A DNA stretch of 63,805 nucleotides, filler included, from Hyphochytrium catenoides (taxonomy: Eukaryota > Protista > Hyphochytriomycota): the NCBI GenBank assembly GCA_900088475.1. It is 17 parts of 17 records of this genome, joined end to end, with 100 filler letters (N's around TTAATTAATTAA, not from the genome) between each part and the next. Parts side by side here need not be neighbours in the genome. Positions count along the whole stretch, not along the records: positions 1 to 27,654 come from FLMG01001058.1; positions 27,755 to 28,803 come from FLMG01001162.1; positions 28,904 to 30,144 come from FLMG01002025.1; positions 30,245 to 31,666 come from FLMG01001540.1; positions 31,767 to 33,575 come from FLMG01002969.1; positions 33,676 to 35,091 come from FLMG01000534.1; 11 more parts are not named here. One strand, 5' to 3'. The stretch's first letter is position 1; each line of letters opens with the position of its first letter. The position numbers were made by a program, and so were the translations under genes. The notes under the pieces are model-generated. The model saw only the letters and a program-made list of their open reading frames with translations. It had not been told where the DNA came from and searched no databases. Positions 23,479 to 34,235 of this stretch are shown here, one piece after another.

Positions 23479-24059
23479 CTGATATGGCTTCCTCTTGAAG
23501 TTACTGAAAGGATCTGCCTTGTCCCAGAGGACATCTTTGGAGGCTAAAGGAGCCCTTCCAGAACCCTCTGCTATTCCGTTGTCAAATGAGCAACCTTCTG
23601 CCTACAGAGCTCCTCGAAAGGAGCAGGGCCTCCGCCACCGTCCCTCTGGTTGACACTGGTGGTCAAACGTGCTACTGTCGTCTTCAGTCGTAAGGTCATT
23701 TCGATAACCGTCTCGTCCAAAAAGTAAGCGTGTCCTTAGCCCTTGGACGACCGGAAAAATCCAGTTCAAGAAGTATGACCCCATCTGGACAATAAGCCTT
23801 CACTGACACCCCCTGGTCGGTCCTCATCGAGCGCAAGGCATCTAAAGTGTCTGCTGCTTTCCCAGCATCTTAACACTACCTCTGTCGGTCAACCAGAGGG
23901 AAGGTGGCGAAGGCCTCGCTTCCCGGAGCTCTTTCGGCAGATAGCTGCTCATCTGTTAGCGGAGCACAGGGCCTTGGAAGGGCTCTATTTAGCCTTCAGA
24001 GATGTCCTCTGAATCGAGGGAGATGATCCACTACTTCAAAGGGCAAGGCATAATATCAG
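23479..24059. repeat. Long imperfect inverted repeat / foldback
   Basis: Core arms 23525-23654 (CAGAGGACATCTTTGGAGGCTAAA...CCCTCTGGTTGAC) and 23888-24011 (GTCAACCAGAGGG...TTTAGCCTTCAGAGATGTCCTCTG) are reverse complements. Weaker pairing extends out to ~23479/24059. Confidence 0.85.
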
Positions 24060-25204
24060 ATACCAGTTCCAGCCCTGGCCCGAGCCTAAAAAGCCCCCCT
24101 TCCCCCCCATGTCAAGAAGATGTTCTCTCTCCTATCGATCTAGGGTTTTCAGCTACCCTTCCTGCCCCTGCTCGTGAAGAGCCGGCTCTACTCCGACCGC
24201 ACCTGCGGCTTGACGGCTGACTACCGTGCCCTTGGCCTGGTGCTGTCTCCTCAACTGATGCGGTATAGTTTCGCCTTGTCATTGCCTTCTTCCTTCTGCT
24301 GTTAGGGAATTTTACCGCCCTCCCTGTTCCACCAGCTGGCAACTTGCAGCATCAGAGGAAAGAAGACAAAGCTACCCTGTCCTATACGCCGAGGTTGACT
24401 TAAGTGCAGACAGGGGCTTCTTAAATAAAAGCCATAGGACACATGAGGACGAGATATAGACTGAACAGCGTGAGGGATATATGCGCTATGGACGTAGTTC
24501 AGCAGGGTCCACTTGTTAGGTCTCCTTAGATGAGGCACCTCTTCGTCCCTGCCTCGTAACGAGGGTGGACGGCATCTGCATCTTTTAAATCACAGGCCCG
24601 CTGTGTGCCTCTGTAGAGCCGTACAGACAACGAACGAGTCCCGCGTCGAGTGTGCGCGAAGAGTAGGTCCGATTAGATCCGTTGGTGCTCATTGGCCAGC
24701 TTTGCTTGCTGGGTCTTCCAGCTTTCCATTTATTCCAGCCTCATCAAGACCCAGCGAGTGCGGCTTCGACGCTCACCCATGCTTTGCCGCAAGTTCTCCT
24801 TCCATTCGTCCCCACCTTGAAGGTTCTTGTTTGAGTGAAGCGTTCATGATAAGTTTAAGGAGCAAGAGCAACAAGCAGCTCTAGTAAGAGAATTGATAGC
24901 CAAGCTCCAAGTGCAAACTCTTAGCAAGTTGGCACATAATATAGGAAGAGCAAAAGAAAGAGAATGGTGCTGCCAGAGTGGAAGTACGCCAATGGGATGT
25001 GCCAACAGGGGATCCTTCAATAACTCCGTTTCTCTTATGTAACTCTGTCCCTACATGTTCTCTCTATATTTCTTGTCGTTCTTCTGTGTACATAAAGTGA
25101 TCATCGGACTTAGCATCTTGGCTCCCAACCAAAGCTCCTGATAACCTCCGCTTTTGCTCTAATAATTTATAACGAAGTGCCTTCTATGACTTCTTCCCTT
25201 GGGC

Positions 25205-26899
25205 TCATTGGCTCTCTCGTTCTTGAGGAAGATAGGAGTAGAGAAGCTCAAGAAGCTCCTCCTGAGGAGCAGTGGTAAACAGAGTAGCTGGATAAACCGA
25301 AGAGCCCCAAAGAGGGTGGAGCAGAATTTTGCAATGTCCCGCGCTTTGGGTTCGATAACGTAGTAAAACCTGCAACGAGCAAGGACCAACGAGCGAGAAG
25401 GGTAAGAGACGACCGGACTAAGAGACGACCAGAGTCGGAGACTGCTGGGATGCGAAAGAAGGCAAACGGGGGCCCAAGCTGAAATCTGGTGAAAGGAGAC
25501 TGCGAGATGGAAGAGAATCAAGGCAGGCAGGAGTACGAGGGGTATAGAAAAATGTCAGAGTATCGACATGCACACGTTTATAATCTGCGCAAGGGTTAGG
25601 ATTAGAGTTAAGTTGACCAGATGGTAAGACAGGGAGAAGCGATCAGTGCTCACTTGCACTCAGGGATGCCGCACCTGCATGCCATCAACTTCGCTGTAGA
25701 CCTTATTCGATCTGGAGGTCAGCATAGGTAGACCCGAACACGGGTCGATGAAGTCCGCCCAGAACCCTTTGCAATGAAGCTTCTCGCAGACTTCTTGAGC
25801 CCATTCTGTGAACTGAGGAATGAGAGAGCAGGCGAAGGAGGAGAGCTTAGAAGACCCACGAAGGAGAGGGATGAACATGGGACCCTAGATGTTTTGAGAG
25901 GGGACATGTCCTACTTCTCTCTTCCGTACCTCTCGCTGTCTTCTTCTTCTCCTCTGTGCCAGTCTCTCTCTCTCACCCGTCTCTCTCTCTCTCTATATAT
26001 ATACCTCTTTGTTATCTCATACTCACCCGCTCCAGGAGCTTGTCTTTTTCCTGTTCTACCTTCGCGCCCATTTGCACTAAGTCCATTGCAGCGTTTTGGC
26101 AGGTGGGAACCGCCAGAATCGGGGAAGATGACAAATCCACCTGGTAGAGAAGAGGAGAGAGACGAGACAATTAGTGCATGTGACTAGGAGAACACTCTAT
26201 ACAGAAGAGAAGGTGGCGCAAAGAGGGAATGAGGGGAAAGAATGGGAAAGACTGCGTGCATGGCTGAGATCTGTTCCAATGCATCATGACTTATAAAAGT
26301 AGCAGGAGAGATCAAGAGAGTCTTCACGGAGAGAGAGAGAGAGTGGGGAGAAAGAAGAGAGAGTGAGACAGGGGGAGGGAGAGAGAGAGAGAGAGAGAGA
26401 GAGGGAAAGAGAGAGAGATATGGGGGACTGTGGGGAGGGACAGAAAGGGACGCAGGAGAACAAGAGCCGGAGGCGCTGGAAAACTCAGCGAAGGCTCTTA
26501 CCGTCTGGAAGATGGTCTTCAGTTCTCTGAAGAGACTCTTGGGGCAGGTGTGAACCGATACCTAGGAAGACGGGAAAGATTAACTATGCCAAATGGAAAG
26601 CTGCAGGGAAGCTAGGGAAGAAGAGAAGCGAAAGAGAAGGAAGGAGGTATCCATAGTGATGAGGAGAAGGTCTCCTCAGTGTCCAGAGGAAGCCTACCAA
26701 AAGGGAGATGGAAGCTTGGCAAGGAAGAGAAGAAACGAGAGAAGTGAAGCGCCGGGGTACAGGCAAAGGAGGGAGAAGCAGCTAAGAGAGAGGGAGACGG
26801 GACGCTGCTCACCTGTATGCCATCTTTGGTGAGAACTGGCTCCAGAAGCGTGCGGCCGTGCAACATTTCCTCTCTTGATGAGGACGAGACCGTCGACAT
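25205..26899 (-). CDS. MMADHC: Cobalamin trafficking protein CblD/MMADHC homolog, 5 exons
   Basis: Exons 26899-26813, 26561-26502, 26140-26027, 25812-25675 and 25369-25205 give VSVHTCPKSLFRELKTIF..PTCQ..DLVQMGAKVEQEKDKLLERF..WADFIDPCSGLP..GHCKILLHPLWGSSVYPATLFTTAP, which are diagnostic MMADHC motifs. Confidence 0.92.
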
Positions 26900-27136
26900 T
26901 TTGCCGAAGAATGGATGGAGATAGAAAGAGGGCGCAAGGAGGAGAGAGACAAGGGAAAGAGAGGAATGCTGTCGCCTCAACTGGCGTCGCCAGGGACGTG
27001 GCTGCGGCTAGATAGATTTGTTCATCTTCCTCCCATTTTCTTGTTGAGTCTCCTCGGCCAGTCTTCTTCCTTCACAACTTCCTGGTGTATCTGCATAGGC
27101 TTCCTCTGCAGAGTCGTGTCCTCCCTTATTCCTCCC

Positions 27137-27172
<36 letters not shown>

Positions 27173-27754
27173 CGCTCGCTCACTCTGGTCTTTTTCTGTT
27201 TTGAGGTCGCTTTCTCGCGCTTTCTCTGTCGCTCTGCACGATGTTCTTGTCTTACGTCTCTCAGAGACGGCTATGCTGGTCTGTCCCTTGGTCTAAGCGG
27301 ACTATTTATCTCATAAGTTGCTCTGAGTAATGTTCCAGCCCTTGAGATGTGACGATGAAGGGAAGAGATGTATCCTAAACATCTTCTCTTAGATGGCTTC
27401 CTGAGGCACCAAGAAAGCGGCGAGTGGCATCAGGCGGAGGGAGAGACAGAGTGATGTCTTGTGAGAGAATCAGACAAGAGAGTTGAGGGGAGGGAATAGA
27501 GAGAGAGAGTGAGAGAGAGAGTGAGAGAGAGTGAAAGAGAAAGAGAAAGAGAGAGAGAGAAAGAGAGAAAGAGAGAGAGAGAAATAGGGAGAGAGAAAGA
27601 CAGAGAGAGAAAAACGGAGAGAGAAAGAGAGAAACAGAGAGAGAGAGAGAGAGANNNNNNNNNNNNNNNNNNNNNNNNNNNNNNNNNNNNNNNNNNNNTT
27701 AATTAATTAANNNNNNNNNNNNNNNNNNNNNNNNNNNNNNNNNNNNNNNNNNNN

Positions 27755-28695
27755 GACATGCTCCTCTTTGCTCCCACCACCGGACAAATTGCAGGTCTCA
27801 AGGCTATGCTCTCTGCTCGTTTCTCCATCACCGATCTGGAGGAGTTAGAGTACTACTTGGGCATTCAAGTAAAGCGGGATCGAGCTGCTAGGAAGATATA
27901 CCTTCGACAGTCGAAGTATATTACCGAGATCTTGGAGCGCTTCAACTTACTTGATGCCTACCCCAATCCTATCCCAGTGGTGCCTAAGACGTACTTGCCC
28001 AAAACTTCTACCATTCCTCTTTCTGATGATGACGCTGACCGGTTGGCTCGCACCCCTTATCGTCAAGCAGTAGGTTCCTTGCTGTACGTCATGGTGTGCA
28101 CGCGGCCTGATATCGCTTATGCGGTACCAGCTGTGAGCCAACACGTCACTAACTTCCGCCACGTTCACTGGGAGGCTGTCAAACGTATCTTCACCTACCT
28201 GAAGGCCACCCAAGACTACTCCTTGTGTCTAGTGGGAGATACCCCGATTCAACTCTCTGTCCAGGCTGATGCTGATTGGGCTAGTGACCCAGCTGACCGC
28301 AATTCTATCACAGACTATTTTTTGAGCCTCACCGGCGGTGCTTTTGCATGGAAATCAAAAAACAATCTCCCGGAGCGTAGTCAACCACCGAAGCGGAGTG
28401 CGTCTCTCTTTGGTCCGCAAGCCAGGTCGCAGCAGAGCACTTCAGTGTGTTCCTTGGCGAGCTTGGCTTCTCCAACCAGCTGCCCATCCCTGTTAATCAG
28501 GACAACCAAAGCGCGATTATCCTCTGCTCCTCTTCACGACCAAAGTCAAAGACTTTAGATGTCAAGCACTGTGTCCTGCAAGAGAAGGTCGCCAATGGAA
28601 AAATTACGCTGGTCTATAGTCCCTCTACAGCTATGGTAGCCGATTTCCTCACCAAGCCTTTGATGAACTTTACAGAGCTGGGTGGCAATGCCTGA
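27755..28695 (+). mobile_element. Decayed Ty1/copia LTR retrotransposon pol fragment (RT C-terminus + RNase H)
   Basis: Motifs YYLGIQV, YRQAVGSLLYVMVCTRPDIAYAV, ADADWASDPADRNSIT and WKSK; then, after a frameshift in the A-run near 28356, QDNQSAI, TLDVKH and MVADFLTKPL. Confidence 0.93.
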
Positions 28696-28803
28696 AGCTT
28701 CTGTATGAGCACAATCTAGATGAAATGATAATAAAGGGACTGGGTAGAAATTGGTGTGTGATGGAGATTTCTCTGAATGATCACTCAGTCCTGAGAGCCT
28801 GGT
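28660..28803 (+). repeat. Dispersed repeat, copy 1 (shared with 34098-34235)
   Basis: TTTACAGAGCTGG..CAATGCCTGAAGCTTCTGT.TGAGCACAATCTAGATGAA..GGACTGGG..GAGATT.TCTCTGAATG is present in both places. Confidence 0.85.
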
Positions 28804-29237
28804 NNNNNNNNNNNNNNNNNNNNNNNNNNNNNNNNNNNNNNNNNNNNTTAATTAATTAANNNNNNNNNNNNNNNNNNNNNNNNNNNNNNNNNNNNNNNNN
28901 NNNCTCTCTCTCTCTCTCTCTCTCTGCTCAATCTTCTACCCATTGACGAGCCGTTAGCAACTCTATGAGAAACTTTCTGCTGACCTTTTTCTGCTGACCT
29001 GACAACTGAAGCGAAAGATCGCGCTCATGAGCGCCTTTGGCAGTCTCTGCGCTCCTCTGCCGCCCTTCCGCGGCCCTGGTAACCTCTGCGCTCTGTCCAG
29101 ACTGCAGGTCGTTGAGGCTTCTTTCCTCCCTTCTTCCCTTGCTCACCGCTCAGTGAGGGAAGGCTTCGCATAGCCGCCAGTAGGTGATATCCCTCTCCAA
29201 GTTGGCACGGCGCTGCATGCGTATCACCAGTGCGAGG

Positions 29238-29965
29238 ATGAGTCGCGGAGGAGTTACTAGCAGATACTTTGCTAATCCGTTCAAGGACGGAGGAGAACCA
29301 CTTCCTAACCTGAAAGAGGACCAGCGGCTAAGAGATGAGCTCAAGCACTACGTATGGCACCGCACAGACACGGTCCTGAGTGCTCTGTACGGCTCAGACC
29401 CACAAAAGACAGGAAAGGAGAAAAGGCGTAAAACTGCCGGGGCAGAAATATTATCCTCTCGCCCGTCTTCATCCTCTCTCTTTGCAGAGGAAAAGCTTCA
29501 GCAGCACGGGCTTAACGACTCCGCAGATCTATCCCTCTACACTGGCGTTGGCGGCGTTGCAATAACCTTCATCAAGCTAGCCCTAAGTCCCACGATGGAC
29601 ATCCTTCGCGAGCCCACAGCTCAGTCTCGTGCTATTGTCAGCCTCTTACGTGGCTACATCGCGAAGACGGTGCGCCATACGGAAGCAGACCAGCGAGACA
29701 CAGAGGCAGAGGAATCGGAGCAGAGTTGGGAGATAAGCCCTTTACTTAGGAAAGGACTGGAGCAGCGTCACTCCGGTTCCTTTCTCTGTGGAGCCACTGG
29801 AGTCGCGGCTGTTGCGACAATCAGCGTCTACCTGATCCGCCCATCAGAGGCCCATCTTCTCCAGACACTGATGAGCGGCATTCTGGCAGGAGCAGAGCGG
29901 GCTTGTGATCCAGTGATGACTCCAGCGGACGAGGTCATATATGGCCGAGCAGGACTGTTGCTAGG
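29238..29965 (+). CDS. LanC-like protein (LANCL/GCR2 family), first exon only
   Basis: RYFANPF, SLYTGVGGVA, SFLCGATGVAAV and DEVIYGRAGLL match LanCL motifs. GT donor at 29966; the contig ends inside the intron. Confidence 0.85.
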
Positions 29966-31880
29966 GTAAGTGAAGAGACAGAGACCAAAGAGCGAACGGC
30001 AACTTCACCGCTAAAAGTGGTGAATAAGGGGAGATAAGTCAAGGAGAGAGAGCCCCAGAAAGAATTAGCATGAGTAAGGAAAGAGAGAGAGACTGTATAA
30101 GAGACAAAGAAAGAGAGACAAAGAAAGACAGACAGAGAGAGAGANNNNNNNNNNNNNNNNNNNNNNNNNNNNNNNNNNNNNNNNNNNNTTAATTAATTAA
30201 NNNNNNNNNNNNNNNNNNNNNNNNNNNNNNNNNNNNNNNNNNNNGACAAACGGCCTCGATAGCCAGCGTGGACTGCTGCATAGGGAAGGGTTTTTTTCTA
30301 AAAGCAGACCATCCATTTAGAAACTCCACCATCACGGCTTGTGGTTAGTTCTATGTGTTACGCTGTTTGTTGCCCTAATACTCTTGTTGCGATTCTTCTT
30401 GGACCTACTTTACCACCACTGCGGCTGCAGGACGACAAGCCTCATCATTTCAGTCCTCCTCTCGCTCCATGTGGTTGTAGGAAGTACTAGCAACAAACGC
30501 AGCTAAGGGAGAAGGCTCCAAGTCGCATGATGATGATATGTTTGTTTGTATGTCCATCAACATCATCAATATGATCATTCTTTTTGATGCCCCTACTACA
30601 CCTGCTGAGTGGTGGATGATACATATTATCATCATATCATTATACAAATATCATTATGGAGGCGGTAAGAAGAAGCAGCGGCAGTGCAGGTCGCATCATC
30701 ATCCTTATTGGCGAACAATCCGTCACGTGCATCATATATAACTCCGGTGGTCCGGTGGTACTTGTAGCTTCTTCCTTGCTGCCAATTTCTTCATCAATAA
30801 TAATAACAAACACCTCCTTTTTGATGATGAGAACAACATAGAGGAGGACAGATAACGAAATGGGACCGCCTTCGTGGACACCGTCTTTCTGCTGTCTGTC
30901 GTTGTCTAATTAATTATTATAGCCAGACGAAGCCTATTACTATCCGTCCTACAATGTTCTTTGACGATGAACGAACTTCTTGTTGCTGCTCCTCCTCCTT
31001 CAGCAACAACAACAAGAAGCTGCTGCTCTTCCACTACTACTACTACTGCTAATGACAGTTTCTATTTTTCCTCACCGTCCTATGAGTAGAGCAGGTTGAA
31101 CATAAAGAAGAAGAAGAACTTTTTGCCTGCCTGGTTGTTGCCAGCTGCTGCTGTCAACGGCAAACCACCCACAAATCTTCAGCTGCTGCCTAAACACCGC
31201 AGAAGGGCGTTAGCGGCTTTCTTGGTTTTTGATCGTCATTCCTGATATCTGCCTCTCCTAAGCAGCTCGTAAATAAACCGCCCAAACTATAGTGTGTGAG
31301 ACAGAGTTACAATACTAATACTGACAGAGGCGTTGCTGTACAAGGTTGAAGGATGTACGACCTGATCATTCGCCGCCCTTGTTCTTGCGTAGCAAGTCAT
31401 TCCTCATTTCTCTCTCCCGTTCGCAAAGTCTGGCCGCCGCCGCCGCCTCTGTCACTTTGGACGCCTATCTACAGCTTTCTGGAGCTTTGTCGTCGGCTTC
31501 TGACCTTCTGACATCACTAGGCCACAACAAGCGCGCGATAAGCTTCTCCGTGGTCGTCGCTCCCAGGGCCTCGGTAGCAGAGCTTGATGTAAAGAGATTT
31601 TACCAAGCAAAGTGAAGTCAAACCGTAGAATAGAGAACCCGTATTCGTTCATGCTGCGCCTTGTGANNNNNNNNNNNNNNNNNNNNNNNNNNNNNNNNNN
31701 NNNNNNNNNNTTAATTAATTAANNNNNNNNNNNNNNNNNNNNNNNNNNNNNNNNNNNNNNNNNNNNGAGAGAGAGAGAGAGAGAGAGAAAGAAACCAAAA
31801 TGAGACAACACAGGATGCAACAGGGAGACAAAGACATGCACACCGAAGAGAGAGAGAGAAAAGCTGATTTATCTATCTCA

Positions 31881-33415
31881 CCTGCAGCTTGTTGCATTCC
31901 TCATAGTACTCCTCCGATAGAGCAGAAGCTTCATTCGCGTCAAGCAGAGCCCAGGAGAGAGGAGAAACCTCTTTCTCCACATCTTTCTTTCCCTCTCTGA
32001 TACACTAGAAGACAATTATTAGTCTTGGCAAAGACATAGGGAAAGAGAAACAAGAACGATACAGAGAGGAAGAGAGAGAGACACAGAGACAAGAAAGACA
32101 ATGCCGGAGGCACAAAGAGAGAGAGAAAGAGAGACATAGCAAGCGGGGAGACAGACAGAGAGACGGACGGAAAGACATAGCCAGACAGTAAAGAGTGACA
32201 GAGTAACAGAAGGGAAAAAGAGAGGCTTCCGGCAAGAAAAATAAGGAGAAAGAGGAAAGGAAGAAAGAGAAAAAGAGAGAGAGAGACGGAAAGTGAGAGA
32301 GAGAAGGGAGAGAGACGGCGGAAGAGAGAGAAACCTTATCTCCTGACCTTCATAAGCCGCTTGACCTCAATTGTCTCTTCCTCTCCCAGTATTACTCTTA
32401 GCCAGCGATCAACCTCCGGGCTCGGTTTCCGCCCACAGTCTCTCATGTTTCTCAGCGCTGTGAGAGCTTCATCATAAGTCACTGAGCTGCGGCGAGAGAG
32501 AGGAGAGAGAAACAGAAGGGAAGGTCAGGTATGGGAAAAGGAGGGAGNNNNNNNNNNNNNNNNNNNNNNNNNNNNNNNNNNNNNNNNNNNNNNNNNNNNN
32601 NNNNNNNNNNNNNNNNNNNNNNNNNNNNNNNNNNNNAGAGAGAGAGAGAGAGAGATTGGGGAGCTCAAAGGATGTCCCAGTCTACCTGGATCCTTTGGCC
32701 CTGCTTTCCCCTAGCATCTTCTCCAGCATGGCAAGCTCCCACTCATCCAACTGTGAAGACGGTCGCTGAGAGGCGAGAGAGAGAAAGTCGAGGTGCTGAG
32801 GGAGAGGAAGAGAGGAAGATGGGCCAGGGGTATCTTCACTTGTCAGACTCTGAAAGAGAGCTTCTTTCTTGGCTCTTTCCTGGTTCTGGATTATGATTAA
32901 GAAGGAGATATGATAAAGAAAGAGAAAGAGACCCAAAGAAGAGAGAGAGAGAGAAGAAAGAAAGAGAGAGAAAAAGGGAGCCACAGAGAGAAAGAAAGAG
33001 AGGGAGAAAAAATGAAAGAGATTTAAGAGAATGAAAGAGGAAGAGAAGTTGAGGAATAAATAGAAATGGGAGTGAGAACAAGGATGAAAGGAGGGAAAGA
33101 GAGGAGGAAAGAGGAGAGAGAGAGAAGCGCAAAGCTTATAGGCTGTGAGGGAGAGAGTGGAGCCCAATGTAAATGAAAGCGTGGCCTTGAAAACAGAGGA
33201 TGACGTGGTCCACATGGAGAGAATAAGAGAGAGAGAGAGACACAGAGAGAGAGAGACGCAGCTTTACTTTTCTCTCTTCCTCAAGTGTTTCTGCCTCTCT
33301 CAGCACATCCTTCACTACTGCAGACTCGTAACGAGCAGGATTTCCCCGCTTGCCAGGAGAGGGAGAGCTGTTTGTTTCTTTGTTCTTTCTATTCTTGACC
33401 AAGCTGATTGGCAAC
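31881..33415 (-). CDS. Internal exons of an unidentified protein
   Basis: Four short non-repetitive blocks are bounded by CT tracts and GT donors (e.g. SVTYDEALTALRNMRDCGRKPSPEVDRWLRVIL). No family recognised and phases are not fully resolved. Confidence 0.4.
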
Positions 33416-34097
33416 ACAGGAGGAGAGAAAAAAGAGGGAAACAGAGAGGGGAGACATTGAGAAATAGCGAGTAAGCGCGAAAAGAGGGAGAGAGTAAGAG
33501 AAAAGACAGAGGAACAACAAGAGGAGAGCAGGGAGGAGGGAAAGAGCCCGAAAGAGAGACAAAGAGAGAGAGAGANNNNNNNNNNNNNNNNNNNNNNNNN
33601 NNNNNNNNNNNNNNNNNNNTTAATTAATTAANNNNNNNNNNNNNNNNNNNNNNNNNNNNNNNNNNNNNNNNNNNNGGGAAGAAATGCAACTCTGAGAGGA
33701 AGGTTGCCCTGACTCCAGAGTTCGTAATGTCCACGCTGGTGGACGAGGCTGCTGATAGGAGGGAGAGGAGAGACAAGACCACCTTTTTTTTTTTACCTTT
33801 AGCAACGGTCAAGCCGGTCAAGCCACCAATCAACCTCGACCTCCCGTGGCTTTCCAGACAGTCAGTACTAGCTCTGAAAAGACCATCAAGACGGGAAGCA
33901 TCTTCTACCGGCAGACCCCTACTGTCGAAGAATGAAGTAAGAGACGTTGCTTGTTCGACTGCAAGAAGCTTGCTCAGAGAGCCAGAGACTGTAGAGCCCC
34001 GAAAGCTGAGAATTCGCTTGCAAATGCCGCTGTGACCACGGGTACTGAGGAGCTGGCATTGACCTTCCAACCTCGAACTCCGTTTTGAAATTCAAGG

Positions 34098-34235
34098 TGA
34101 TGAAGTTTACAGAGCTGGTAACAATGCCTGAAGCTTCTGTGTGAGCACAATCTAGATGAACGATAACAAATGGACTGGGCAGTGATATATGATTGAGATT
34201 CTCTGAATGTCAATGAGCCATGAGGTCGGTTTGGT
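34098..34235 (+). repeat. Dispersed repeat, copy 2 (possible LTR-associated sequence)
   Basis: Matches 28660-28803, which directly follows the copia RNase H. Confidence 0.8.

Noticed and set aside
24880-25145. Possible solo LTR
   Set aside because: Ends are not clean TG..CA, and there is no TSD or second copy in the window.
27699-27710. Recurrent TTAATTAATTAA as a biological motif
   Set aside because: It always sits centred in 44+44 Ns, so it is an assembly linker.
29238-29965. Lanthipeptide system pairing LanCL with the repeat precursor
   Set aside because: They are on different contigs; the repeat peptides lack Ser/Thr/Cys; eukaryotic LanCLs are widespread stand-alone genes.
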